Assembly (NCBI GenBank): GCA_965153285.1
Contig: OZ229113.1
Source of the DNA: Podarcis tiliguerta
Lineage: Eukaryota
Length of the DNA: 64,000 nucleotides
Direction: 5' to 3' (one strand)
The position numbers and the translations under genes are program-made. Shown here piece after piece: positions 13,203 through 26,421 of this stretch. The notes beneath the pieces are model-generated. The model saw nothing but the letters and a program-made list of their open reading frames with translations. It did not search any database and was not told the origin of the DNA. Each line of letters starts with the position of its first letter. Within the stretch, counting starts at the first letter, position 1.

Positions 13203-13345
13203 AATAATAATAATAATAATAATAATAATTTTATTTATATTCCGCCCATCTGGCTGGGTTAACCCAGGCACTCTGGGCGGTCTATAGCACATAAAAAATT
13301 GTAAAACATTAGACATTAAAAATTTACCAATACAGGGTTGCTTGA
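13203..13345 (-). mobile_element. L2/CR1-clade LINE 3' end with (AAT)n tail
   Basis: (AAT)n then TTTATTTATATTCCGCCCATCTGGCTGGG...; same family as the copy near 40216. Confidence 0.6.
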
Positions 13346-13718
13346 ATATGACCTGAAACTAATAATACACTTGCAGACTAAATATTCAGAGGAAATGCAA
13401 CTCAATATTACAACCTATTTGATCGTTTGTGTGAAATGACCTAGCAAGTAGCATTCTTTAAATTCTTGGAAACTTGCTACTAATCCAAAGGAAGCTGTAC
13501 AGGAGGGCACAGTGTAATTGCTTGCTAAGCTGCCTAGACATGCTTTCAAAAGAAAAATAAAGGAAATATCCAAGTTTCTCCTTAGTATGTGGAAGCAGAA
13601 CTGCTCTGTCCCTTACTTTAAAAGTCTTCATAAAATCATGACCGTGACTGTATTAGCATAATGACTTAATCTGCATACTTTGCACCCCTCTTCCTTTCAT
13701 CTCATATATTATTTTCAG

Positions 13719-13892
13719 AAAAAGCTACAAGATGTCTTCATGAAGTTTCGCTTGTTCCAAAAGCCAGCCAATTTTGAGCAGCGCTTACAGGAATGTAAAA
13801 TAATTTTAGATGAAGTGAAATCGCAAGTGCCGAAGTTGGAGTTGAGGAGTGTCGAGCAGGAAGCAGTGCAATCCCAGCTTGATCACTGTATG
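13719..13892 (+). CDS. DMD: Dystrophin exon 32 equivalent
   Basis: ttttcag|AAA...ATG|gtgagt; 174 bp; KKLQDVFMKFRLFQKPANFEQRLQEC...QLDHCM. Confidence 0.97.
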
Positions 13893-14016
13893 GTGAGTAT
13901 TTCCAATACAATAATAGTTCACATGTAAGGCAACTTATTGGACTATACCTATGACGTTTTGCAAAAATCAGTGTAATTTCAGTGAAATTAAACATTTCCT
14001 TTTCTGTGTTGGCTAG

Positions 14017-14172
14017 AAATTGTATAAAACTCTTAGTGAAGTGAAATCTGAAGTGGAAACAGTCATAAAAACTGGGCGTCAGATTGTGCAAAAACAGCAA
14101 ACGGAGAACCCAAAAGAACTGGATGAAAGGCTAACAGCTTTGAAATTACAATATAATGATTTGGGTGCCAAG
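14017..14172 (+). CDS. DMD: Dystrophin exon 33 equivalent
   Basis: ggctag|AAA...AAG|gtatgt; 156 bp; [24 protein letters not shown]...YNDLGAK. Confidence 0.97.
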
Positions 14173-17100
14173 GTATGTTCTACGCTTTTCAGTGCTAAAG
14201 TCTGCCTCTCAACTGTAAAGCGAAATCTATCTCTTCCATTTTGTTGTATTTTGTTTTGTTTATTTTATTTTCCTCTCTTAAATTGATTTTATTTGTCTTT
14301 CCTTTCTCAGTGAGAAAAAGATTCTATTAACTGTCTATTCAGAGTGGCCCAATTATATATTGAAATAATGTAACTAAACAATATCATTTCTAAGTGTAGA
14401 ATTAGATATATGGAGGACTGGCCTTCATATTCAGGATGATGGTTTTCAAGAGAACTTGCAAATACTTGATACTTTCTATTAAAAAATAAGTAAATGCAGG
14501 TTTTGCTCCTACAGTCAAGAAAACAGAATAGGAAAATGCAAAATTAATTAGCACATGCCAATGTGAAATATGCCATTTTAAATGAGGATTTTAATGTGCC
14601 AGTGAAAAGAGTTTTATGGATAGGACAACAAGTGAAAATGAGTAGAGTATGTGTGTAACCTTTGGTTTGCAAAGGAGAAAGTTATTAGAGGGGTGAAGAC
14701 AGTGTAAGGAGGCATAGGAAGAGGGAATGGTGTGTATTTTCACTGCTGCCTCATTTATAAAGCTGCTTAATCCTTCCCACTCTGTTAGGTTTTTAGTCTA
14801 AAAACAATCACCCTGAAATGCTTTTTCACCTGTGGAAGATGCAGGGAAGATACGGAGAACCTGTGTATGTTTTCCCTTAGGTGAAAAAGCATCCTGGACA
14901 GGGTCATTTCAACCTGATAAATGACTTCAGAAGAAAGCAGCCTTTTACCATTAGCCCTTCCTCCAACCAAACTAATTCTGCTTTAAATAAATAAATCAAT
15001 CATGTAATGTGTACTTTGATTCAACTGTTGTGAGATGAAATGGTAAACGGAGTTAACTGTGTAAAAAAGAAAGACCTTAAGATGGCAGTATTTCCTACAT
15101 TTCTTTTATAACATGTAAATCGAAAATGGGGAAATAAAGTGATATTACCCATTATAGTGTACATCCAACCACAATTTTTCTGAAACTCTCCTAGTTGAAA
15201 TAAGGGGTGGGGAGCAGCTATATATATGCTGCACCTGTCATTATTTCTCTAAACTCAACGAAGCACCACTCGTATATAGTTTTGTATGCTCTTAACTATT
15301 TCAAAATTTACATTTCTAGAAATAAACAGTCCCATTAGAATTCAAAGGTCCCTTTGTCCCAAAAGCAAAACAACCAAGATGGACTGTGGCTGCAGTCTTA
15401 TATACTGAATGAAGCACTGAGCTCCATTGAATCCAGCAAACTTACTTCTGAGTGAAATATGCAAGAGGTTGCATTGCTAGTACTATGCAAAAGACACCAG
15501 ATTTCCCCCTCGAATAGTGTGGAAATGTTAAACCAACTATCAACAGCTGTTTTGCATTAACTGTGCATATATGAAAAAGAAAGGGGGAATAAGCTCACTA
15601 GTAGTTAAACACATACTGAAAGTTGCATCAAAAGTATTTACATAGTGCACTTCTCCATATCATAAGCGTAAGGCATGGATCAGAAATTCCCAAGGGTGCT
15701 AACAACAAGCTACTGAGGCTAAAGGGGAGGCAATTATTTATTTGTCTTTTTGCATTGCTTTAATCTGTTAAATGCAGAGGGCTCTTTTGAACCTATCTCA
15801 ATCACTTTACCCTCCAAAAAGGGAGATTTGCAACTGTGTGGTAGTTACTAAGTACTTCTAGGAGCAAGGAGGGACTTTTGAGAAGGGGCCTAACCACAAC
15901 CACCTTCTGAATGGTCAGGAGTACCTGACTCCCTGGACCCACATGGTAACTTCCTTCAGGATAGTTTTTATTAGGTGTGATGGGTAACGGTCAAAAGAGC
16001 AGGTGTTGGGCCTGTGATATGAACCTGTCATTCAGTTTATATGGGTGGAAGCTTCTTTGAATGGAATGAAAATGGAACTAAGCCATTGTCTCATGTCCAA
16101 AGTCTGTTTCGGGTGGCCTAATCCAGCCCGCCGGTCAATTTAATCTGGCTCCTGTGGCAGTATATGTCCTGGGGTAAAATCCTAAAAGCTCAACAACTTC
16201 AATCCTAAAAAAAAGCCCAGCAACTTTGGTCAGCCCTCATGCATGTTCACTTCATCAAATCTGGCCCTCTTTGAAAAAAGTTTGGGTGCTCCTGACAATG
16301 AAGTATGAAGTTAAACTAAAAGAGAATCCAGGTGGGTATGATAATACTGAAGTAGTAACTGCATAGCAAAAAAATGGTCATTTTCATTATAATTTCTGAT
16401 AACAAATTGTGTTTGAAGAGTTGCTCCTTTGATTGCTTCTCTTCAGCATTGATTCATCATTCTTGGTGTCTGCTGCAAGATAAGCTCTTCCTTATGCTGG
16501 AGCTGGAGCATCATCCATCAGTTGCTTCAGACAACTGGTTATTACTAGGTTTCTGTTGCTCTATGTATTTTTTTTATACTGTTCTTAAGTCTGTATTTTT
16601 GCACATCACTTAGAGATGTTAAATATTGTGGTTTAAAATTCCTTTAAAGAAAATAAGAATAAAATGAATAAGACAGGAGTTCTAGGTCGAGCTGGATGAA
16701 AACAACTTTTATTGAATCAATAAATTCTGAAGGTTGGCATTAAAAGGACATAAAACATGACTGCAGTGTACTTAAATATGCATAAAGAGCACCAAGTTAA
16801 AGCATACTTTTAATCTTCATTTTGTTTCTTTTATTGAAGCTAACTTTGCAAATTATAATTAATCTAGCCATTCTGTTTTTGTTTCAGTGTGAAGTAGTTG
16901 GTTTGCTATTAAGTAGAATGCTGATCTAGTACTGACAAAAGAATGTAGTCTAAAGTGTAATGAGAAAGGCTAACATTCTGAGGTGTATTCTTGTCATATG
17001 TTTGCTATAAAAAAGATTTAGCATTTCTGGGAACTGTAGATGTGAAACAGAGGATAGATGACCTCTACAATCATGGGGACTTGATGGTGAAATCTTTTGA

Positions 17101-17206
17101 CCAGGAGAAAAACTACTGCCAGAAATATGAGCATCCGTCTCAGTAGCACTTAAGGTAGTGAAGCATTTAGAGGTTTGGCTCTTCATTCCCCCTCCCCCTT
17201 CTGCAG

Positions 17207-17377
17207 GTGACTGAAAAAAAGCAAGAGCTAGAGAAATGTTTGAAATTATCTCGGAAACTGAGAAAGGAAATGAATGCTCTGACAGAATGGCTGGCAGTGA
17301 CAGATTCAGAACTGACAAAGAGATCAGCAGTAGAAGGCATGCCTATCAATTTAGATGCTGAAGTCGCCTGGAGCAAG
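17207..17377 (+). CDS. DMD: Dystrophin exon 34 equivalent
   Basis: ctgcag|GTG...AAG|gtaata; 171 bp; VTEKKQELEKCLKLSRKLRKEM...EVAWSK. Confidence 0.97.
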
Positions 17378-20300
17378 GTAATAATATATATTTTCTTTCC
17401 TTGTAAACTCACATATGTTTGTCTGGAGTTATCTCGCTGTCACAGCAATACTTCTGCACCCCAAAAAAGTTGTAAACAATATGATATATACTGGTGATAC
17501 ACTGAGACAAAAGAAGTTGGTGTCCAAAATTTAACATATTAACCTTATAGTAGGATGCATCAGGTACCACATCATACTCATAAAAGAAAGGAGGAGAGGA
17601 ATAATTCAAAAGAAAAATAACCCCACATACCCTTTTCTATAACTTTTTGAAAGATTCCATTTTTTCCAGGCTTCAAAGGAGAACTTAGTACAGTGTTAGT
17701 GTATTAGCACCTTCTAAATGTTGAGACATTAAAAGACTGCAAAGCACTGTTGTCATTTTATGCTAGTTTCTTCATTAACATTTTAAACAGGCCATCTAAT
17801 TTTTGCCTTAATTTCAAAGATCAGTTTTATTGTAAAGAACTGATGCTAGAAAAATAATTAGGATGTGTTTTATTTTTAATTAGCTACTAATTTTTAACAA
17901 AAGGAATATATGACACTTTTCCCCCTTGAGGAGGGTCACTGTTCATGTAGTCATTGTTCTTCCTGGATCTGCCTGCAAGAGTAGTAGTCTATATTCCTAC
18001 CCCTTCCTCACTTTAATTCCTCTTATAAACTTGTAGCTGTATCAACTCTGAGAAGTAATTATAAGTTACTGCAACAAAGAACTGAACAGTGTTAGTTCAG
18101 TATAATCACACAGAGCAACGAAAGTAATATAGGCTTTTCGCAATAGAGGCTACAATTCAGTCTCTGTCCATTTAGAGCCATTTTGTGGTTCCCTGGTCAT
18201 TTGTTTCTACCTCCAAGCTGTGCAATACTTGTCAGGGTTTTGCTGCCACAAAACCGGAGCTTTTAGTGAAGTTCTGTCCCTGTAACATTTGGACAGACTT
18301 GTCCCTGTCTTTTTCCATGTCCCAGCAAGCTGTAGCCAAAAATTTGGCATAGTGGCATGAGACATTGATAATATAGGTACAGCCCAGTAAATATTTGTTG
18401 CTTTCAACAGCTTTTGCAGTTTTCCAGAAATTATCACTATGATTGCATTCACTGTTTCAGAGAACAATTTCAGATTCTCAAGGAATGGGAACAAGCTTGA
18501 CAGTCACTGAACATGTTTTTTTCCAAAAGAAATCAAAGTAATTCTTTGTTAATCATGAACGATACTTCTACCACACTTCACATGCCATCCCATACGCATT
18601 TGTATACATATAAAAGCTAACCTTTGTATACTGATTAGATATGTCTACCACAGCTGCAGTTAACATAGGAATGCCTTCCTTTAATTGAATTCCTTTAATA
18701 ATTAAACACTGACTTTGGTACTCCAGAAGTTCTATAATTAGTGTGCGAGGTTTGCTGATTAGAGCAGTTACGCAGTAGAGTGATTTTGTTATTTCTCACC
18801 CTCGCAACCAAAAGGTAGTGCCTATATTACTAAGAAAATCAAGAAGGAAAGGAAAACTTCATTAAAATTTCACACACAGGAGAAATGTGATAATTTGCTA
18901 TAAAGTACCTGCTAGCCTACCAAAGTACTGTCCGCTCTTTTGCATTTTCATGAGTGGAGCTGATAATTTAGTGATTATAGCAGAAAGCTAATGGCAAGAG
19001 AATGTTCCCTTACATCCAAGTTAACAAAGCCAGCGGAATTGAATCAGCTAAATCAGACACCCTTAACTTCGTCAGAGTAGGCTTTGCTAAGGCCAGAAAA
19101 GTGGGCCTTCCTAAGCTCGATAAACTGAGCTGAATACTCCTGCCTTTAACTGAAGAGAGAAACTTCAGGAAATTGGGTTTGAGTGATAAGGAAAAGACCC
19201 CATTAAACCAAAATGTTAGTGACAGAGGGCTGCCTTATTATATGAATCAGGAAGGTAGCATAGAGTATCCTGCCCTAACCTCTAAAAAAACCTCAAACCT
19301 CTAGACTGAAGAGTTTCAGGAAGGATCTTAACCCTCTCCCAGGATAGGGTTGTCACTCTTTAAACCACTTGGCATGGTACATTTCTCCCAGTGCTCATGT
19401 TTCTCCCAGTGCTCATGTGTTCATGTTGTAACTTCTTTCCCCAGTTCTTCTCTTCCCTGCTCTTCTCTTGGGGTCACTTTGAAAGACTGTGTTTCATATT
19501 GTGTTGATGAGCTAGAGAATACTTGACCAGCATAAACAATTTGTTCTAGGCTCTTGGGGCTCATATTTCAGTTAAAGAAATATTGGCCCATTCTCAAATT
19601 TAGAATAGCAGATGGTACTCTCCAGAAAACCTCTATGCCATTTGCTCCTGTTACCATATTTGAACTGAAAGTGCATTACTGTTACATTCTAGCTCACATT
19701 ATAAAATAGTAACAAATATCATGTGCAATCATAATACTGAATTGTGTGTTGAGTTATGCTAGAAACGCAATTGGTAGTGTTGTCTTCTTTCAATGACACG
19801 AATAAAATAAATTAGAAATTGCCATCTTTCATTACTGTTACGGAAAACAGTATAGATGCTTCAAGTTAATAACTGCATGATCCTTTGGCAAGAAGGACAT
19901 AGTAGCAATTTATATAATGATCCTAAACGATCCTATCTGTGATTATTAAGATATATAGTCACCATCTTTTACAAGGCTTATGTGAGTATTAAGCAGTGTG
20001 AAGTTATGTACTCTGTTCATCATCAACTCTGAATGATGAAAGTAACTGCAATGACTGATACAATTTTATCTTTTGCATCATTTTATTCAGATTTCCAGTG
20101 TGCTTGCTGAAAGCACAAACACTGCTTAATTTACCAGCTGCCAGTACTGATAGAGACATCTAGTCCCTGTTGTTGGAAATTGTTTTTTCTTTTGAAGTTT
20201 TACCATGGTTCAACAGTGTCCTCCTGTTTAAGAGTGTGAATATTTCATCAGTGCTTTGAAAAGAAGTAATAAAGAAATCTAGAATTAGACTAGAATGTGC

Positions 20301-20806
20301 AGAGTACACTAAGTACATTTATACTGAGAAGTGGAACAGGAAATAACACATACTTGTTAGGACTTACTAGGCTCTCTCTTTCACTTCTGTAACAGTTCCT
20401 TCTGCCAAACAGAAATCTAAACTGCTACTTAAACTTGGGTGTATGTGGAAAAAATACATGGAAACCCAACATGAGGGATTGCTGCAGGAAAAAAATACCA
20501 ATAAACTTGTGTGCGCACGCATGCATGCAGTTGTTCATGGATCCCATGCTGGATTGTGATCAGTGTATATGTAGATATATGATAGTAGTATAAAACAAAA
20601 TGCAATTCTGGGTAGTGCAATGCAGTGGGGGGTTTTTTTAATCAAATGTATATTCTAGTCTACTTCCAATGAATTCAGCATGGGTTACATAATTAACCTA
20701 TTATTTCCTATGAGGTAGACTAGGGTAATTGCCAAAGACCACCCAATAAGCTTTATGGCTGCATGGGACTAACTCAAACTCTCTGTTCAAATCCTACCCT
20801 CTAACT

Positions 20807-21058
20807 CATGGATAGGCAAACTAAGGCCCGGGGGCCGGATTCAGCCCAATTGCCTTCTAAATCAAGCCCATGGACGGTCTGGGAATCAGTGTGTTTTTAC
20901 ATGAGTAGAATGTGTCCTTTTATTTAAAATGCATCTCTGGGTTATTTATGGGGCATAGGAATTTGTTCATTCCCGCCCCCCAAAAATATAGTCCTGCCTC
21001 CCACAAGGTCTGAGGGACAGTGGACCGGCCCCCTGCTGAAAAAGTTTGTTGACCCCTG
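20807..21058. mobile_element. hAT-type MITE
   Basis: CATGGATAGGCAAACT...AGTTTGTTGACCCCTG; exact 8-bp TSD CTCTAACT at 20799-20806 and 21059-21066. Confidence 0.88.
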
Positions 21059-22118
21059 CTCTAACTGTTATGCTACATTTGTTCTGTGCACAAACTGCCA
21101 TGTTGTGAGAGTCTGCAACTTCCTGCTTCAAAATACAGATTTACCGGTACCTAGCTGCTAATGATTGGATTATTCCAGACTGAATTATTTCCTGGGTATG
21201 TTCTTCTATAGTTCAAAAAAAAAAGAGTCTACAGATGTACACAATATGTTATTAGTTTCAGTCTGCTTTTCTTCCAAGTCGTGGACATGAATTTTATATC
21301 AAACAGAGTCAAGTAAACACACCCAGAGCTTAACTTTGTTGAAACTCCAGGGACCAGTGAGCAAATTCACAGACACCTAAGAGCTTTGGGGAAAATAAGT
21401 TGTATAGACCCTGAGCTTGTCTGACCAAGCTCAACAGATCTTCCCAACTCAAACAGGGATAGGCATTTATTACAATTGCTGTTAGCTTTCTCCCTAATCC
21501 ATGGATTTTCCCAACTATAAAATGGGTTATGTTTGGGGAGTTGTTTAGGGGGGTTGTTTTTGTTGGCTGGATTGCTGGCTTGAAGTATTTGATTATTATT
21601 TTTAAAGCAGGATTTAATCCCATATTAAATCGGCTGAGACAATTGGATGTCTACTTAACACTAATAAATAACTCTTTTTTTAAAAAAATCACATTGTGAA
21701 GAGCTTATCAATGCACTTTTCAACATAGATATACACATATGCTTAAGAGATATGTCACTGATACATTTCAAATGGAGCCTGGCAACTTAGCAAGGAAAAA
21801 TATCAATACTGTGAACACTTGAAGAAAAAGCAATGGTATGCCACAACATTATTTAGATGGAGATTGCTTCTTCTTTGGCTTGTCTTCCGGTACTACTTCA
21901 GTGAGGCCTGGGGTTTCTTGCTTTATTTCATCCTCCCTCCTGCCTGCCCAGCATTTCTCTTTTCTTGCTTCAGCTGAGGCCCTTGTAGCTGTTGTTGCTT
22001 TTCCCTCTGCACGAAGTGATAAAACAGGATTCTATGACTGAGTAGAAGAGAGAGAGGAGGTAGAAAAGAGAATGAAGTCAGGCAAAGAACATTAGCTAGC
22101 TGATGCAGCAGCAAAAGG

Positions 22119-22267
22119 CATGGACATAGCCAGGGAGGGGGCATCCCCTAAATCAAGTAAATAAATAAAAATACTTACCAATCGCTGACCAATCGCACCG
22201 CAGATAGCTTGGTTATCCCCCCCCCAACATTGATCCTGCCCCCCCCCCAAATCCTGGTACACCCATG
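22119..22267. mobile_element. hAT-type MITE
   Basis: CATGGACATAGCCAGG / CCTGGTACACCCATG termini; TSD GCAAAAGG vs GCAATAGG (7/8). Confidence 0.75.
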
Positions 22268-22763
22268 GCAATAGGAGATAAGGCCAACAAGCAGCAGCTT
22301 GCGTCCTCCTCCTAAAGTCACAGGAATGTGTATGTTTTTGCAAAGAACTCATAGTGCTCTTTTTCCTTGGGTAAACATCATTGGTAAAGGGAAGGTTCCT
22401 ACCCATCCTAAAGTATGAGGTGATCCAAAGTGCATAAAGCATGGCACACAGGTATTATGTGAGTTATTGTTTTTGTTTGTTACTATGTTATGTCTTTTTG
22501 TAGTTTTATATTGTAAATTGCCCTGTGATCCTTGGATGAAGGCCGGTATAGAAATTTAATAAATAATAACAATATTGATCAAAAGTAATAAGTTACATAT
22601 TTATTTCACTTTCAATTTATTATGCATGTCTATATTGAAATATACTAGACCTTTTCCTCTCTGCTTCTAACAATGTTAATATGCAACATATGAGTGTTGG
22701 TTCATAATATGTTCTTCCTAACTCTTCTTCCTTATTTAATCATTATGCACATGCTTTTCATAG

Positions 22764-22943
22764 GCAACCCAGCTAGAAATTGAAAAACGCCAGCTTCAGT
22801 TGAAGAACATTACTGATTTGGGAGAAGGGTTGAAGACAGTGCTTAAAGGGAAGGAAAGCATAGTGAACGATAAACTCAGCCTTCTGAGTAGTAACTGGAT
22901 TGCAGTAACGTCTCGAGCTGAAGAGTGGTTTAACTTGTTGCTG
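22764..22943 (+). CDS. DMD: Dystrophin exon 35 equivalent
   Basis: tcatag|GCA...CTG|gtaaga; 180 bp; ATQLEIEKRQLQLKNITDLGE...SNWIAVTSRAEEWFNLLL. Confidence 0.97.
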
Positions 22944-24449
22944 GTAAGAAATACATATTGTTACTTTCTGTTTCCAGAAATAGCACTACATAGCTTGTTT
23001 GGGAAGCAAGAAGAGCAATGGAGATTTAGGATGTCTTTGGAATATCTATTTTATTTACACATATATGTAGGTGGAGCATAATGGAAGTAAACAAATTCCT
23101 TTATCAGGCAGCAAAATGGCTAATCCTCCATAACATCATAACAGCTTTTTTACAGTCCAGCTATATTCCCAACATTCTACCTTCCTATCCACATTCAAAC
23201 TGCAATTACTTCTAGCTGGGTATCTATCCTTCCGCTCAAAAATCTGATGGTTGATAAGAGATTACCAGTAATTAAATGACATTATCGGTTTTTTGTCACC
23301 ACCCATTAGTTTACCAGGAAAAAGCATACAGTGCTAACGCTGATCAAGACAACCATGCAAAATAAGAAAGGCATTTGTTTTCTGTCGTCTATAAACATTG
23401 TTACAACTGAACTATGCATGTATAGTATATATCATTTTTTTAAAAAAAAAATTATTGTAAATGCTATGTTTGTATACACACAGAGAAGTTAGGCTTTAGG
23501 CCCTGTTACTTCACCCTTCATAAAATGTAGCTGTTACTGCCATTAGCAGAGGTGGCCACACGATGAATCATATCATGCAAGAATTCTCTGCAGATTGAGT
23601 TTCACTCATGCCTGGAAATAACTGGAATTGTGAGTTTGCAGGGGCATGCTAAAACTTAGTATGCACAGAATAACAGTTTTTACTTGTAATTGCAGCAGCT
23701 GACACTATTACTGCGAGCCATTAGTGCCCAGAAGGTTAAAGATACAGCAACTTGCCTAAGCCCACTCAGTAAATTCATGGCTGAGCTGGGATTTGAACTT
23801 TCCTGTTCATTTTTTTAAAATCACTACCATTATGGCCAAAATTTTGTTGGCTCTTTGAAATACCAGCTTTGATAGACCTATTGCTGACTGAGTCCCATAT
23901 ATCTGTCTTATCACAATTTGTAAAATGCGACTGTAAACAATTTGGGGGGAAAGGTGGTAATTGTGCCAGTTAAATAATACAACAATGCAATGTTTGGAAA
24001 TTGCTGCTATCGCTATAACAGCAGTTCAATAATATGGCCAACTTCATTTAGCATATGTTCAGTCTACTTGACAGCAGATGTTTGCTCCTTATAGCTGCAT
24101 CATTCTGTTTCAACTGTAATAACAATCATATTACAGACAAAGATAAAAGGTTTTGATAATGTTCTGTTATGATTCCAAAAGGTGTGTTTCTCATGCATTA
24201 TTTATAAACATGATGAAGCCTGCACATTATGCACATTGGCTGTCTCAATCTGAAAATAAAATCTGAAAGTAAAATATTGATTTTAAAAAAATCAATGTGG
24301 CTATATATTTGTCTCATTTCCACCACTAGAATAAAGGAGATAAATAAGAAAAGCTGTATTTTCTTGTAACCACCAACAGGCATTTTTCTCTTACATCAGT
24401 TCTAAAACGTCAGTTCCAGAAGAGTAACAACATTGGCCATACTCTGAAA

Positions 24450-25452
24450 CAGAGCTGTCTTTCCCATAGAGCTTAGTGGCGCGTTGCGCCACAGTGCTGC
24501 CCTCTCAGGGACGCCCCAGCAAGTGGGAGAGCTGTGCGGCTTTGCCGGCGGCCTCCCCTTTCCCTGCATGCCCTGGTGTGCAGATTGCCTCCCAAGCCTC
24601 CTGTGCATGGCGGGAGCGCAGGAGGGGAGTCCGGAAGGCATGTGGGAATGGTTTTGACGGGGAAGCTGGAGCCTCTCCCAGCAGCTCCCTGTCAAAGCTC
24701 TCCACCAGTGGCTTCCCAGCGGGCAGAAGGGAACTCCAAAGCATTGCAAAGATTCTCCTTCTCCTCACCCAGGAGCAGAATGAGCTGCTTTGGCTGCTGC
24801 CACTGCGACTCAGTCCATGCTCTTTTCTGGAGACCAAGCTGAACTCTGACGGAAAGAATTATTTCATGGGATCTGCCCAAGGCGTTTGGCTCCACCCCCC
24901 TCCCCCAAGCTGTGCCTAAGTGCACTTTATTTCTCCCTTTAAGTAGCATTGCGAAATGCAGCGGGCTGCACACACACACACCGTACGCTGCATGTGTGGT
25001 TGTGGGCGAGGACAATCTGCTGCTGTCCCACTGCACCCACCCACCCACTCACTTCAAGGGGGTCAGAGAATCCTGCATGGGCGGGAGGAGGGACGCTATT
25101 TCTGCCCTGGCTCAGCTTCCCGACCGCCACCCTCCTCTCCTCTCTGTCGGTGGGTTAAATGCCCTCTCCTTCCTGCTTTCCTCTGTCCCACTTTCTCTCT
25201 CTCTTTTTATCCAGTAAAGGAAGGGGTAGTTTCCCCCCACCCCCAGCTCTTACCTCTCCTTCCCTGTAGTGAAATCTTGTGGAATTCCCAAGTTCAGGTC
25301 AACAACTCTGGGGAATCTTTCCTAAAAAAGGTCAACAACTTTGGGGTCCCCCCTTAAAAAGGTCATCAACTCCGGGAAACGGGGGTGTGGGGTGTGGCAG
25401 GCACCGGAGGGATCTTTGCACCACGGCGCCGGATATGCTTAAGACGGCCCTG
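24450..25452. mobile_element. About 1-kb GC-rich non-autonomous hAT element
   Basis: TIR CAGAGCTGTCTTT / AAAGACGGCCCTG (11/13); exact TSD CTCTGAAA at 24442-24449 and 25453-25460; subterminal GGTCA(A/T)CAACT repeats. Confidence 0.88.
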
Positions 25453-26292
25453 CTCTGAAAATGCTTAAGGCTAGGAATGATTTCTAAATGGGCTACTCCT
25501 ACTGGCATGCCAGGATCTGCTGTGCGGCTGCCCTCATATGATGAACCACTGTGCTTTAGGTAGCAGCCTTTGCCAGATGAGCCTTATTTGAGCAACACAG
25601 TCTTCCCGAGCTGTGGCATAGGTCTCATTCACACTTCCACTTGTGCTGTGCCTAGAAAGCATGAGTCCAAGTGGTTTTCTCCTTGCCATGTTCCTTTCCC
25701 AGAGAAAACCTGCTCTTCAGTGCTAAATCAGACAAATGTCAATCGGGGGGAGGGGGGGGGACGGACCCAATTGCTGTTTGTTCTGATTGAGAGTGGTTTT
25801 TCCTAGGGGAAAACAGCAGGACAAGATAAACCCATGCTGTATTTTATCTTTTTCTTCAGTCTTGGCAATAGCAGTTATCAGAACAAACAAATTTTCTATC
25901 TCTTGGTATCATTTTATTCAATTCATCAGTTGTCTGTTCTGATATTGTTACTGTTTTTGATATGAGCATACAGTGCACACACATACACACACACTATAGA
26001 ATGATTCTTTCTTATATGGGAACCAGTGGTTGATTTTTTAATATGTTTTTAAAGTAATTCAGAGAATTACTTTAGGTGCTTTGTGGACACCAAAATAATT
26101 TTTAAAGCTGCCTAAAACATTATCAAATATTGCTTTTGGAACACCTTTCACTTTGCCATACAAGTTGAGAATCTAAAGTCCCCCTGTGCTCATGGAAGCT
26201 GGTTTACAGCTCTGTGAACCTGGGCAATTCTCTTTTCTTTTTGTCTCAGCTACTAATTACTTAATAATATGTTCTATTCCCTTTATATGCAG

Positions 26293-26421
26293 GCATATCA
26301 GAGACACATGGAGAATTTTGATCAGAATGTTGCTAACATCACCACCTGGATGTATCGGACGGAAATACTATTGGATGAATCTGAAACACAAAAACCTCAG
26401 CAAAGGGAAGAAATTCTTAAG
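26293..26421 (+). CDS. DMD: Dystrophin exon 36 equivalent
   Basis: atgcag|GCA...AAG|gtaaca; 129 bp; AYQRHMENFDQNVANITTWMYRTEILLDESETQKPQQREEILK. Confidence 0.96.

Noticed and set aside
24402-25357. Cluster of overlapping 100-150 aa ORFs on both strands
   Set aside because: They lie almost entirely inside a GC-rich non-autonomous transposon with few stop codons and show no recognisable protein
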